Shown here: one piece after another, positions 1 through 14,350 of the stretch
Position numbering within the stretch: the stretch's first letter is position 1
How the letters are laid out: the number at the start of each line of letters is the position of its first letter
Source of the DNA: Psilocybe cubensis
Lineage: Eukaryota
Reading direction: 5' to 3'
Assembly (NCBI GenBank): GCA_017499595.2
Contig: CM039005.1
Span: 2,418,001 to 2,482,000 of the forward strand
DNA: 64,000 nucleotides
The notes under the pieces: generated by a model
Database searches by the model: none
Told to the model about the DNA's origin: nothing
Seen by the model: only the letters and a program-made list of their open reading frames with translations
Made by a program: the position numbers and the translations under genes

Positions 1-176
1 TCAAGGACTTCCATGCCAAACATCCTTCAGCACCTAGAAGGATTTCTGCTGTGACCTTTGATAGACTTTCTTTCACTCCTATTATTAACTTTACTGAACC
101 TCCTCCTCTTCTTAAACCCTCTAAACTAACCCATTCATGTGCACATTGTGGAAAATGTGCCTTAGAGAGGGGGTGA

Positions 177-628
177 TGTCAGGGTTTCTCCAGTTTCCCC
201 TTTTTATCTTCACAGAATTATCTTATCCTTTCATTATCTTATCAATTATCTGATTAGATAGTTTATTTCTTTCATCACAGCCTTTTTGCTCCACTTCTTT
301 CTAGTAAATTCTATATGATTCCTAGTCTTACTCATCCTTTTTCTATATGATGTCACTTTTATTCTTTAACCTTCCTTTATGATGTAATGTAGGGAATATT
401 CTAGAATAGCTGTAGAGTATAAATACTGGACTTGTAGGTAGCTGTAGCTTCAGCTTCAATCTCTTAGGATATCCACTATCATTGGTGTGATCTCTTAGAA
501 TCATTGAGTCTCTCTCACTCTCTTATTCTCTCTTTGCTCTCTTACTCTCCCTCTGCTCTCTCTCTCTCTCTCCCTTGCTTGATCTTTGTTGGTGGCCTTG
601 TCACACTGATTATAGTGTTGCCCTGACA
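177..628 (+). mobile_element. 3' LTR of an LTR retrotransposon (probably Gypsy); the internal part continues left of the window
   Basis: TGTCAGGG...CCCTGACA 8-bp terminal inverted repeat; purine tract AGAGAGGGGGTGA immediately upstream (PPT); TATAAATA box and CT-rich tract inside. Confidence 0.75.
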
Positions 629-832
629 AAAATGAAATAAGCTCTACTAGCAATGAAACAGATGAGGCTAAGAAACCACCAGATGTATGTAATGAAATAA
701 AATAGTACTACTGCAAGCACTCTATTGAAATAGTAAAGTAACTTAATGAAATGATTTCAAAAATGTAAGGTAAGATAACAAATTCCTGTGTAACTAGTTA
801 CCTTAGATGTATGATATGGCTGAAAGCTACAA
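629..832 (+). repeat. Dispersed repeat, direct copy of 24862-25072 (distal arm of foldback-family copy C)
   Basis: Near-identical by eye (AAATGAAATAAGCTCTACTAGCAATGAAACAGATGAGG...GATATGGCTG(A/G)AAGCTACAA). Confidence 0.85.
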
Positions 833-839
833 ATCACAG

Positions 840-1600
840 CGGTAATGATAGGGAATTTCATTTTGATGAATTTGATGTTGAGGTGGAGAGTGGTATTCAA
901 AATAATCATAGACAACGGTCCGCTATACGTTGCAGTGTTAGAGTGGTTATTAGAGTGGTACAACATCAGCCATATTTGAATTTTGGGCTACAATTCAAGG
1001 GCAAATGGCGTGGTTGAAACGGCACATATTACATCAATTTGTACGGGGTTAATTATATCAGGTGACGGGTCATTAAAGAAATGGGACAAGCGGGTAGCTT
1101 TCATATACTGGGCTGAGCAAATTACGGTGAAGAAAATGATTGGGTACTCACTATTCTATGTTACACACAGTATCAAACTATTACTTTTATTTGACCTCAC
1201 ATATGCGACATTCCTTCTTTCTGACATCAACCGATCACTTTCAACAGCAGAACTCCTTGGAATGCGCACACGACAGCTTCAACAATGAGATAATGACCTT
1301 GCGCTAGTTTACAAACGAGTTCTGAAGCACAGATACACATCTATTGCCAACTTCAAAGAGAAAAATAAGAATAAAATTATTGACTACAATTTCCAGCCCA
1401 GAGAGCTTGTACTTGTCCTGAACAAGAAACTCAAAGTGGATGTTGGCAGCAAAGGGAAGCCCAGGTATATGGGGCTAATGGTTGTTATTTGTCGTTCTGA
1501 AGAAGGCTTGTATTGACTTGCCAAACTCAATGGCGCCAAATCAAAGCTGAAGTATGCAGCATTTTAACTCATCCCCTATTACCCGAGAAACTGCCAGGTA
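840..1600 (+). pseudogene. Gypsy integrase remnant (core end and C-terminal region)
   Basis: YNSRANGVVETAH integrase motif, then WAEQITVKK..GYSLFY and PRYMGLMVV...LIPYYPR with stops and frameshifts. Confidence 0.75.
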
Positions 1601-4600
1601 ATCAAAGTGATGGAGGTCTTGGACAGCAAGGAGTTTGATGGGGACAAAGTGTAGGCAGTGGTGGCACGCAGCGCAAAAGAAAGGGGGGTGGAGGAGTGCA
1701 AGGGAGGATGAGAAGTGCAGAGGGGGAGCAGGAGCAGGAGCAGAAAGTACAGAAAAACATCAAAATAGTGAGATTAAAGCAACAAAAGCAATAGTAAAAC
1801 AAAGGAAAACACTCAGAATATCATCCAAGTGATTCTAGAAAGGAGACACACTCAGAAAACCCTGAGTGAGTGCTGAGATAGGAAGGAGAGAGAAAACAAC
1901 AAAAGAAAAACAGTGAAGGATTGGAGTGGGGCAGAGCAAATTGGAGCAGGCACAGAGAGCGATAGAAGCAAAGGAGACTTGCCTTAAGAATCACCACGAT
2001 AAGTCTCAAAGGAGGAGAGGAGAGACTCAGACTCAGAAAGCTCTAAATAAGAGTGGGGAAGGAATAGACATGTCACTGACGAAATGACGCAGATAGCAAT
2101 GTCCTGGAGACAATTGGAGTGAGTGGTGCATTGCAAGGTGTTAACAGTACAAAGTGAGGGCAGAAATTCCAGCCCAGAAGGCCAAAATTTTAAGTGGGAG
2201 GAGATATAGTGATTGTGGGAGGGAAATGTAGTGATTAGAGTGTGCACAGTGTGCGACGCAACACGGTTCAAAGAGCAATCACGTGACGTTTGCGGGATGC
2301 ACTGAGGATCAAAGTTCGTGATTGGTTATAAACTATAAGTAATCCAACAAACACAAACCCTAGGGAAAGAATGGTCCAGACTAGACAGGACAAAATCTTT
2401 GCCTAAGTTTTTAAGGGAAGATATTGCCTAGGATTTAAATAAATAAGGATTGTGTGGATAGTGAAGGGTAATGAAAGCGAGATTATAAGTAGTGGATAGC
2501 CGGGTTTTCTGGGTACAATGGTAAATAGACCTTCAGAAAATGGAATGGATTTGTGAAATTGAATGGCGGGTGTATAGGGAAAGCGTGATGAAGGTGTGTA
2601 GAATGCGTAGGAAAAATCAATAAAGGTAAACCTTAAAGGAGTGGTCTGAAGATAATTGGGGACGTTTCAAGGGGGAATAAGAAGGTGACTGGGAGTAGGA
2701 ACATTATTGAATGGCTAAATCTTGGTAAACAGATAGTGAAGGTGAAAGAGTCTTTAAATTGACAATCTTTCTGACATTTGGAATGACTCTCTTCATTGTG
2801 GGAGTATTGACTGGATTGAGACTGAATAAATACAGTGTCTTGAATGAAATCTTTCTAAATGAGTTGACGGAGGGAAAAAAAGTCTTGGATCCACTCCTAA
2901 TGGCAATGGTTGGAAGGAGTAGGAGCGGTGATGGATTAGATGGGGAAGAGGAAGTAGGGAGTACTGGAAGTCTGGATAGACGTGGGATGATCAACGCTGG
3001 GAAGAAGAGGCGTTGGAGGAGAAGGAGGACTGGTCTCGGATGAAATCCTCTGTCAATGGAAAGCAAGATGACTTTGGATGAATGGATGTGAACTTGGTCT
3101 TGTCGGAGGGTAGAACTAATGACTGAATTGGACTTGGACTTGGGATTAGGCTTGAGCTTGGGCTTGGAATTGGAATAAATCATTGTGGATTGACTTAAAA
3201 TTGACTTGACTTGGATGAAAATTGACTTGCTTTGAAGAAAGTAGGGACTGGGTGTAATTTTTCTGTCATTTCATGTAATTCTACTACAGCTTTTATACTA
3301 ACAGCTACATGAATGAAATACCAATCTAAGATACTGAAAACCGAGTCATATACTGTACAAAGTGTCAAGAATGAGGCTACGCAAGCCTAACAATAAGCAA
3401 GAACAATAAAACATGTCAATACCGACACGATAACAGATAAGAAATGAATAGGACAAGTAAGAAAGAGGTGTATGACAAAGGTGAATGGTAATACAGATTG
3501 GATAAAAGAAGCAAGGATGAGTCAGAAAACATAGAAGATTGGTAAGACAAAGACAATAAAAGTGCAACAGACAATAGAAAGATATAAATAAACACAAAAG
3601 ATGAGTAAGACAAACCAAAAATAAGTTAAAGTGAGTAATCCGCAGTCTGACACTGAGTAAGACCATTGAGTTGATAAAAATAGAGTTGATAGTCTGGCTG
3701 TGCAAGGTAGTGCAAAGTGCTGTGCAGTTTGATGGATGACTGATCCGTCGCATAGCCTTGATGATCTGATGAAATGACATGATCTGGAATAATGTGGCTT
3801 CCATGTGACAAGTGTTAATAAGATAAGATGAGTGGATGACTTTGGAAAACAGATGACTGCTTGGGTTGAGAGCGTTGTGTGTAAATCCAATTTGAATATC
3901 TTATCTTCAATCAGGATTGGGGTATGATAGCGCTCTTGGCATCCTTGTCACTACGAACAGAGTCCGCGGCTATGCGTAATCAGTAGATCATTTCTCTTAG
4001 CTTATATCTATCACATCAAAACAAAACAAATTATATTTCTGGTTTTATCAAACTGTCTACAGGCTATTAGAGCTTTCTAGTAGTCTTGAACCATCCCTTT
4101 CTTCTACCTATGAACTCATTGCCTTCCCCACACCATACTCATACACTTGCACTTATATCTGTACTTACACTCACTGTTATGATGTATATTGGACTTAGCA
4201 ACTTTGAGCATCAATCAAGCATGGCAAATGACAATCAAATGCAGGATGACTCATTTACCTTTTATTCTCCTTTTTTTATCAATTCATCTTCCTAATTTGG
4301 CCTCTACACTTGTCCATTTCCTTAAAGCTTCTACCATTCCACTTTTAGCTAATTCCATTATAAATATTATATTCTAATCTATATCCTATCTACTATAGAA
4401 GCATTCCTTTAATATTCCATTCCCTTTTCATGAGTGTTTGAGATATGTCCCTGACAATCTAGAATCATTGCACATCATGAAACAACCTTGAGGCCTCAAA
4501 TACGCACAACTCAACACCAAGTCCACTTGAAGATTAGCGGCAGACATTAAAAGTAGAAATCTTGGCAACTTCCACAAATATTCACATGCCCATTAACACT

Positions 4601-5489
4601 TGGGCAGCAAGGCTCATCCTCGAATTTGTTTGTGACCCACTCAAGTCAACAAGTATCTATGACTCTTAGACTAATGACTGAGTGGATCACATTGATGTAG
4701 TATAGGAATAATATCTAGTCATAGTAGTTATATAAATACTGTTTTTGACTTTTAGCTAGAGAATCTAATTTACATTTTGCACTCATCTGCTTGATAAGCA
4801 CCCAAATCAACATTAGAAGTAACTAACTTACAGCTTTACACTAAGTTACTCTACTTCCCTATCAACAGATACCCTTACAGCTTCATACTAAGAATACCAC
4901 TGACTCCTTTAAATCATTTCCAGGTCTATTAGGCATTTATATTTATACTTACTAAGAGAACTCCCCACTTGGATCTACCTCTTGTAATTTGTGTTCAACT
5001 TTGAAATTCAGACTACCATCAACTGTTAAAATACACATTTCAACACTCATACCCTATACCTGCACTTGTACTTGCACTTATCATACTCATTGCTTTCTTC
5101 ACTCCTTTGTGCACACATCTAATTGCACTTGCCTTATCCTTGTGCCCATATTCACCTCATTTCCTCTTGCATTTGCACTTACACACATCCTTGTATATAT
5201 ATTCTGTTAAAGTAGTATTGCTAGTTAATAAATATGTGATTAAAAGATTGTAAAATTAAAAAAGGCTACTAAATGACAAGATAATTGCATGCCCTACAAT
5301 GAAAGGTAAGTAGAATAAAACCACTATATGTATATAATTATATAGATAAGTAGTAAGTAAGATAAGTGGTTTTTTCCTAATAGTAGAAATTTTCATTGTA
5401 ATGGACTAAACGGAGGCTCTATGACACATTATTACATTGTGGGAAAATAGTTAGGACAGGACCTTTACTTTTTCTCATGGTAAAATGTC

Positions 5490-5774
5490 TTGTTTGGGGT
5501 GACAATGCAATTCCCAAGCAATAGATTGCAACATTTGTGTTCATCACTGGGAAGGAAGCAAAGCTCAGCTATTTATGACACACGTGGAATAGACTTTGAT
5601 TATGACAAATCCACTTTTGAAAATCCCGGAAAATGCTTCAAGCTTCTCAATGGTGAAATCCCTAAGTATTCATTGGTTGTTGTTGCATACATTATACAGT
5701 TGGCAAAGCAAAACAAGGTCTTCAAATTGTTTACTTATGCACAATGGGGTATTTTATTAGCTACTCAATCCTAA
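5490..5774 (+). pseudogene. Fragment of a repeat-associated agaricomycete hypothetical protein family (YDxR...GEIP..S.VVVAY...QW.ILL)
   Basis: ORF track 5490-5774; motif pattern recalled from mushroom hypothetical proteins; function unknown. Confidence 0.4.
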
Positions 5775-5864
5775 TTGTTTATATACAATCATTTTCTTGG
5801 TCACCTACAAAAAAAAATGTTTACATACAATCATTATCTGGTTACCTATAAAAAAAATCTATGT

Positions 5865-8340
5865 TTAAATTCCAATTGAATTCCGATAATTTTGGTAATG
5901 AGGCAGCATAACATCTTTGTTCAATTCTTTTTGGTTTTTACTCTCCTCCACTAATGCAAGGCATTGTGGTTCAATTTCTAGCCTCTGATCAGTTATTGTG
6001 TCTGCTTGGCCCATGTTTACTAATACAATTGCTAATACCATGATAAAATTGGTTGCATCAGCTTTGATTGATTTTTTTCTTGCTCTGGTATCTTTCAATT
6101 GGTGGTGTAGACGCCGTGCGTATTTTCCTTTGTTTTTACCATGGATAACAATGAATAATCTATTGCTTTGTGCAGGATTTGGTATCTTGGCAATTACCCA
6201 ATCAGGATCCAAAGGCATTATCTTCTGACGTTTTTTGTATTTTATCAACAAAGACCCCGCATCATTGAAAATAGTTACTGTTATTTCTTGATTATGGAAC
6301 TGATCACTATTGATGATTGCGGTTATTGTGAAACCAACTAATGATGGATGTAAAAGGTCATGAGCAGTAGCAGATAGAGATGGAGAATCTGAGTAAGGAT
6401 TCCAAGCTGGACTCAATCTAGCAATTTCTTCCATTATTGGTATTGGTGTCACGCTTCTATCAGATGTGTCTGGGCAATGCCATTCACTGTCTTTCACAGA
6501 TACAGAGTGACCTTTACCAAGAGGTATACCACTATATTGTTGACGTTATGATTGTACAATGTACAAATAGAAATATTTAACATACTTTACCCAAGTGAGG
6601 TCTTTATAATCTACTGTAAGCTGTCAAAATGGCGTTGCTGGATTATATCCCTCCATTGCAATTAATATCTTTGTGTCTTTTATCCCAAGCATAACTTCCT
6701 TTATAATACATCTACATCCCCTGTCGGCATGACCCGTTTTTGCAATAATTGCAACATGCCCGCACTACAGATGCTGAATACAGAGTCTTCCAGAAAGATA
6801 AGAAGGTGCTTGAGAGGCATCTGGATCAGGTGCCGTAAATTGGTATTTTGGAACATTAACACCAGCCGCGTGTATCAAAGATTTGATGCATAGTCACGTA
6901 ATTTATAGGCACTTATTGGGTCTGTTAACAGTAAACTTCTAGTAAGCTTGTATTTCACTAATAAAAATAGGCCCTTTACTATGCAAAAATCATCATCTGA
7001 TTTATTTAACAGTATATCATCTAGTGATTGCAAAACCAAGTCAATAGTCCCATTAGACACATGAACAACCCATCCAGTATTTGTTGCATTTACCCCCGCA
7101 TTCACAGTAATAAAGTCGCCCACCTCTACCCTTTTCTCGACGTATTTCCAAGCGACTGCAAATACACCGGCAGTACTGTCATCATTGATTTCAGCATAGT
7201 AGGATATTCCAACCACAAATATTCCCTCTCTCTTGCTTGATAGGTCCCTAACTTTTTCATTGGCATCAAATTGCTATTCAGTAGGTCGTGGTAAAGCAAT
7301 ATTAGTCAAGCTAGGATGTTTGGAATATATAAAGGCTTAGAAATGAATGTGTGAAATATTCAACACATGGCTCCTAATTGACAGATGATCTTCGTTTTTT
7401 CGCAGCATTCCATATTTAAATATTGTGTTTCCAACTACAAAACAGTTTTTACTAATCAGGATGGGATTTGGGTAAGAATTTGACAGACTGTCTGGGTCAA
7501 AGATGACAGGTGGTAGTCAAGCTAAACTGGCTCTCTTTCTCTTTCCCTGTAATTTAGGGTTGGACATATTATCAACGGACTTCAATGATGAGAATTCAGA
7601 AGGAGTGATTGGATTGATGCCGGTATGTCGCCAGTTTTTTTAGCTTGTATTCAATCTGTGGCAGCAATAGAAGTTGTACGCCCCAGTTTTCAACCGCAAT
7701 TATAACCCCCGGATCCTCTTTGTAAAGTCTGTGCCACGTTATTGTTACCAGATCACCCATAGATACACTCGGTCAAGCACTTGACATTGTGAGAATGTTG
7801 GTATAATTGGAGAGATCTATGCATATCAGAATCAACCCAGTTTGGTTCCATCCTTTCTTGATTCCTGGTATCCTCCTCAAATCCTTTTTCAAGGCTTTGT
7901 TCATCTCGCACTCCAAGTAAACAAATCCCCTGATTGACCCACGGTTAAACGCAGACCGTACAATGTATGCATTGCTTCCCGATGCTAGCTTGTATATAGC
8001 GGCAATTGACATCTCTTCCATTCCAATCTAAAACAAAATCTTCAACAAATGAATATGTGGGTATTGTAAACCTTACTTGGCAACTGACTCTCCAGATTAG
8101 ACAGTCTACATATATTACTTATGAAGGAATCAGTAATGTTTTCACTTTCCTGACTATCCCGTTAGTACCGTATACTAGCACTGGCAACATTTTTTAGAAG
8201 TGTGTTGCAAAACACATCTAGTCTATCTGTTTGGGAACCTGGTTGACTTTTTTGTCTTGTGTTTTCTTCTAATTCCTCATAGTTGCCCTCATTCTCTAGT
8301 TCAATGTCTTCTTCATATCCGTCGTCATTGTCATACATCA
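5865..8340 (-). pseudogene. Spt5/NusG-like protein (acidic N-terminus, NGN domain, several KOW motifs), degenerate
   Basis: Acidic stretch near 8340-8270; SAFNRGSIRGFVYLE (NGN-like, 7773-8021); KOW-like MGDLVTITWHRLYKEDPGVI, VGDFITVNAGVNATNTGWVV (6875-7216) and FIVIHGKNKGKYARR (5865-6497); SPAWNP repeat-like motif; several stops. Confidence 0.65.
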
Positions 8341-9013
8341 ATTAGTCTTCTGTTTTATGTTTACAAATTCACATAGAGTAGTTTAAATATAGCGTACTTT
8401 ACCTAATATTAAATATTGATCATATTATGTGATGTATGGATTGAGTTAGCATGACTGACTAGCTAGAATATTGAAGTAATGCACAGGCTAGCTAGACTAC
8501 CTATGTGATAGCGTGGAGTACGGGCTATTTAGCGCTAAATGGGCTGGCTCCCTTCCATCACGGATATGTACATTCTGGATTTCTAGCCCCTCAGAGAATG
8601 TGCATGTCTGTAAAATGAAATTTCCTGAAACATTTTCCAGGTTGCCAATAAATTTTTAAACATGCAAATTGTATCATTTCAATATATATTAGAAAGTATA
8701 TAAACTTATTGTCATTGTATTATAATGATGTTTTGGCTTGCAAAATAGACTTCTAAGGAGGAATTATCCAGGTGCTATTATATAGTCTTCGGACTATTGT
8801 GTAATTTTTGGTAGACAAATAATCTAGATACAATTGAGAAGACTTAAAAAACAAGTTGTATCTTTGTCAATTTTTTGGAATTTTTCAGTGGAGAAATCAT
8901 CCAAATACAATTTATAGTATTCAAAAACAAGATGTATCTTTACCACTTTTTGACCATTTTATATTATATAAAAAATGCTCTGGCGGAAGATTTATCCGGA
9001 CTCTACTATATAC

Positions 9014-11112
9014 ATAGTTAAAACACAAGGTAATTTTATTAAATTTTGACTGTTTTCTATCATGTAAAAAATACTTTGGAGGAAGATTTTTCCGGATTCT
9101 GGCACACTATTGTTGGACTGTGCCTTTCGGGCTGTTTGTAATTTTTTTGGTGGAAAGCTTTTCCGGAAAATTCACTATTTTTCAAAGTCTATATATTAAA
9201 AGGATCAGACCTACTCTGATTGTACTTAATATTATTATTTGTGCTTCTTTATAAGATTGCCTAAAAATACCCAATTAAGGCTTACTGTCATATGGTCAAG
9301 CTTTATTATTCCATCTTGAGTCTATTAATAGTGCTTATCCTATGCAACTTTTATATATTCCTACTAATTGATTTTGTCTATGCCAAGTTTTAGCTCATTT
9401 GAACTGTTGAAACCTACTAAATTATAATGTACACTCTAGCTTTCTTTCTAATCTTGCATAAATTGAGTATATCATCCTTTGTACTCCACCAGAATGCACA
9501 TATTATACATTTATATGTAGCTTTAAATGCTGCCTACACTTTCTACTAAGACTAAAACCCACTCAGAGCTCTTCCTAAGATAGTACAAGAAAAATACTTA
9601 TCATTGTTTCAAAATAACAAAAAAGTATAATATTAATATAAGAATGGAATTTAAAAAATACATTAAACACGGGGTTGTGTAGCCCTAGAATGCATCTATC
9701 TGTGGTATATAAAATCATAAAAATCCGAGGTGTTTGAGCTGAGATATGTCAAAATGTATCTCAGAGAGATCCCAAATAGGTGATTATAACCAAAGCATAA
9801 ATTAAAAGCAATATCCATACCGGTGTCTGATGGGTTTTTCAACACCTTTCTTTTTATATCTCAGCAACCACTTGTCCAATCCACTACATCCTTTATGTTT
9901 TGGAAAGCTATATTCTGGGGCTATACAGCCTTGTATTTAAAATATTTGATTATGATAATTTAAAGATTGAAAATGCAAAAATATAGTATATTTTGATTAA
10001 CAATACTATTCTTCCTCTATTATTTCAGCTAGTAAATGAATCTTTTTGCATACTACATATAGTATCAGAGGACACATATAGGTATCTGTAGACATTAAGA
10101 ATATGATTTATGCTGCAGGTTTTGTGGTGATATGGCCTAATCAATAATTCACTATACCTCTCCCCATACCACATTTCAATCAGTATGTCCATTGCTGTGG
10201 ACCAATTTCAAGATAAATCACTAGAGCATATGCATCTTTGGGAATATATTTGCAAGTCTGGTTATGGCCTAAAGGCCTATTCTGCTTCATAATAAAATAA
10301 TCAAAATCAGGAAGGAATAAGAAATAGCATTATTCAATCTTGGCATTATACCAAAATTGTGGGCTCAAAAATTTAGTATATTGAGCATGTATTCTATCAG
10401 AGTTGGGCTTGATTTAATCTCATTATAAAGGCATGGAGAAAAAGGAATGGAAGGAGGGGTGGAGTGTACATTATGATTTAGTAGGTTTCAACAGTTCAAA
10501 TAGGCTGAAACTTGGCATGGCCTTCATTCACTGTAAATTAAAAATAATGGCAGAGTTAGAAATGTCTACACTAATCACTGAAGGGTGCTATTTAAGCAAT
10601 GCCTTTTGGTCAAGACATTGTATGGTTAATTGTGTAGAAATAAATATAGATATGGCAATTTTAATGGCCAATTCAAACTTAGACACCCTAATAACATAGG
10701 TTTATCAAAAGAAATTAAAGAAAATGGACCAGAAATGCTTCCAAAACCACAAAATCAATTAGTAAGAATATATAAAAGTTGCATAGGATGAGCACTATTA
10801 ATAGACTCAAGATGGAATAATAAAGCTTGACCATATGACAGTAAGCCTTAATTGGGTATTTTTAGGCAATCTTATAAAGAAGCACAGATAATAATATTAA
10901 GTACAATCAGAGTAGGTCTGATCCTTCTAGTATATAGACTTTGAAAAATAGTGAATTTTCCGGAAAAGCTTTCCACCAAAAAAATTACAAACAGCCCGAA
11001 AGGCACAGTCCAACAATAGTGTGCCAGAATCCGGAAAAATCTTTCTCCAAAGTATTTTTTACATGATAGAAAACAGTCAAAATTTAATAAAATTACCTTG
11101 TGTTTTAACTAT
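9014..11112. repeat. Palindromic foldback element, copy A (non-coding)
   Basis: Near-perfect 364-bp inverted repeat 9014-9377 / 10749-11112. Interior (9660-10150, 10440-10800) is homologous to the element at 59399-62583. Related TTCCGGA/GGACTG repeat units extend to about 8780 and 11180. Confidence 0.85.
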
Positions 11113-11180
11113 TATAAAGTGTACCCAGAAAATTCTTCCACCAAGAATTTACAAACAGTCCAGAAGGCACAGTCCAAGGA

Positions 11181-11530
11181 TTGTATGTTAGCTATGCAGT
11201 ACTCAATCCAGCCATAATACGATGTAGTGATATTGTTGAGCTATCCTTATCCTTTGCTGCATATCATTGCAAGGAAAGTCACTACCGTCTGGTATGCAAA
11301 TTAAAAAGAATACTTTTAATCAACCATGATGAACAAAATGTGAGATTTGTATCAATTCTATCTTTATTATAAGGCTAACAAGGTATTTAGAAGGCAGATA
11401 TACTTTGTATGAGAAATAGAATTTCTTTCTCTCAAATTTTTCTGTCGGTCAAGAGCAAAAAACGTTCACTTTATTTGCAGGAAGAGGCTGTAAAGGAAAC
11501 GCAGCATTGTATGTCTAAAATGAGACTAGA
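11181..11530 (+). pseudogene. 3' fragment of an agaricomycete hypothetical protein (P..IR..DIVE...SF...L..I.LI), truncated by the foldback
   Basis: ORF 11181-11372, putative intron, then short basic tail; recalled motif pattern only. Confidence 0.35.
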
Positions 11531-11847
11531 TTAGATTATAATTAAGTATTTCAAACTTTTAATACACTCTGGCAGAACTTGCACGCTAGTTTGAATATAG
11601 GATTGCCATCTATTAGCCGAAAGCTTTTCTACTATAAGCGCACAAGATAGAAATGTAGAGGTCGCCGTATGGCCAAGAACTAGATAACCAGCTCAAAGCC
11701 AAGGCTAAATAAGCCTAGTTACATAGTTGAATACACCATTGATTTGAAACACCTATGCCTTTGATTTGAATACTGTACTTTTCCCAGCCTATTTGCACTT
11801 TTACACCTTCCCTTGTACACTTTACATTGACCGATTTCTACAAAAGA

Positions 11848-13131
11848 TGGCAATGTTAGAGATCATTAAGTAAGTGAGACACACACACACACAAAAACCA
11901 TGGACATTAATATATATATGACAGACAGTTTTTTCTGGAGTGGGACAATACTTTATTTGACTCTATAGACTATTTAATGCTATTTCAACTCTCCCTTGTT
12001 TGCAAGGAGTATAATCAGCAAATCCAGAAATATTTTCTGCATGCCTTTTTCCTCAAGCATCTTTATGACAGGCACTTTTCTGAGAAAGAGGCGGCTTTTT
12101 TTCAGATTCTTCAGCAAAACACCAGAATGGTAGTGTCTGGGTCTGCTGCGCTTCATTTCATTAGTTGTGATCGACATTAGACACCTGCAGATTTAGACTG
12201 TTATGTGGAAGAGTTTTTTGTCGAGCCCATCATAGATTAGCTTTTAAAGCATGGTTATGAATTCAATCCTTCTCCAATTCAACCATCTATCAAAAGCATC
12301 AAAGATGCTTTGTCTCAAGGACTCACCAACTATGGCAACCAAGAATATGATATTAGGGGTGCAGTCATTGACTTTAAGAACAACAGCAAATATATACAAG
12401 TAATTATGAGTTATGGATCTGTTATGGAGAATATCTTTAAGTTTTACCACAGTGTGCATGTTTTTTTTTTTCTTGTATGATGTCCTGTGCTAATAACCAG
12501 TTTAGTGGGTGCATTCAATATAATTACCCACAACCGTGCCTACTGCCTCTTTCCCATTCAAACTCTTCACCGTCGTGTATGCCTTATCAACAATGACACA
12601 TCTACATAATGTATTGCTCAAGGATGTATCAAGTACCATGCTCAAGGCTACAAAATGTTTTTTGCTAGAACGTGCAGTAGTCCCTTTATGCCAAACATGC
12701 AGCAATGACAGCAAGTCATTAACCAAACCAAACCAACTCTTGATACCATGACTTATGTTCTTAATGATGCTACCATGTCAATCAACGTCCGGTATCTGTA
12801 CAATCCCCAATATATTGTTTCTGAAAGCTTCATTAGCCCTAGATGCAATAACTGCCTAACGCTAAAGATAGGATCATGGTCAGGTGAAACATCCAAGGAA
12901 ATAGAATCAGTATCCACTGATTGTCTCACCATTGAAGCCAATACCACTATACTTATATACAACCACTATAACAAAGTTGAAATTTGGTTCTGTCTCGTCA
13001 GTCATTCAAAGCTTATGTATGGATATGCAATTGTAAAGGAATTTGAATCCAATCTCTTAGCCTATTTCAAGCGGAACAAGAAGAGGTTGTCTGCAAACGA
13101 GAAAGCTCACTTTCATGCACTTACTCCATAA
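11848..13131 (+). pseudogene. Nucleotidyltransferase-like (pol-beta-type GS...DxD motif) protein, degenerate, with introns
   Basis: VVSGSAALHF...PADLDCYV, then FYHS..FNIITHNRAYCLFP; in-frame stops at about 12178 and 12238; GT-AG introns near 11870 and 12455. Confidence 0.55.
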
Positions 13132-13479
13132 GCCATTCTTTCTTCCTATATAATAGGTACTAAATATAATATATTTAATAGCATAAACAATAGCATCTTA
13201 TATAATGCCATACAATTGATTATGGACAACAATGTGTGTGATAGATATCTGCATAATTTCCGAAGGGAGTATATGAAGAAATAGCATATAATTACGGCTG
13301 ATAAAACTTACTACTGAAGTAAAATTCTATGTATATCAAAGACCAGTCCATTATAGTTTGAAAATGAGTAAATTTATTAATACTATATACTGAATGGATT
13401 AGCTACTCCTAATGAAACCAAGATTGTTAGCGTTTTAATTGTAATCAGCTTGAGCTTTTAGTAAAATTTGAATGATGAT

Positions 13480-14350
13480 TAATAATTATTAAAGATTGAA
13501 ATTAGAAAAAACATACCTGTATGTTCATAGAAATACTAACAACATTCTATACATGGATCCACTGGAACAGTGAAGAAATCCAAATAGATTTTCCAAGAAA
13601 TCTCTGGTTCAATATTTTCAATGTGCTGATGCAAATTAAAATAAACCACAAGAATCTTGCTATTACTGAGAAGGCGGAAAGGCAAATAATCCATGTTGCA
13701 GTGGCTGGTATAAGGCGAAAGGCTGAAGTTGCGGCTAGTATATTTCTGATACATAGCCCAATTGCATAACTTGTTTGAAAAGGCATAGCCATGATGGAAT
13801 AGGGTAAATGTCGGATAAAGGCTAACAATGCCATACCAGGATATGTAATTCATGAATAAAGTGAATGGAAAACATGTGATGGCTTTGATAGGAGAAAAGA
13901 CATTTTGAAGAATACTCGTAGAAATGGAGGAGATGCCGATGTGGAATTATTGGAAGAATGATAGATATATATTTGAACTAAATGGATAAGGGAATTATGT
14001 TGAGTAACCTGATTGGTAACCGCATCTTCCTTCAAAGAATATCCACAGACATTGAGGAAGTACAAGAGAAGGCTAGAATTGATGGAATAGAAGTTAATAT
14101 TGGTCAAAAAAAAGTCTTCTGATAATAGGACTGATAACGCAGCAGATCTGGAAATGATTGAGCTTGAATCCCAAAAGCATTGAAGAAGAATAGCCAATGT
14201 AAAGAGATGGAACTGGTTGCAAAGGCAATCCAACTGAATGGTGATATGGTGACGGGCAATCTTGTGGCATAGTGCTTCACGGTCACTTTCTGCCTGGGAT
14301 GTGTTTATTGTATTAGATTCTAAGAGACCACAGATAAGGCCACTAGCCAC
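13480..14350 (-). pseudogene. Second nucleotidyltransferase-like paralog, convergent with the first, degenerate
   Basis: SIISRSAALSVL...NINFY (decayed SGS..L...DLDxY) and FHS..MNYISWYGIVSLYP, the same motif order as 11848-13131; frameshifted. Confidence 0.5.

Noticed and set aside
510-575. CT microsatellite
   Set aside because: Ordinary pyrimidine tract within the LTR.
1600-5300. Short ORFs and LTR/gag-like degenerate sequence
   Set aside because: Low-complexity, strand-biased and probably old retroelement debris; no motif or boundary could be supported.
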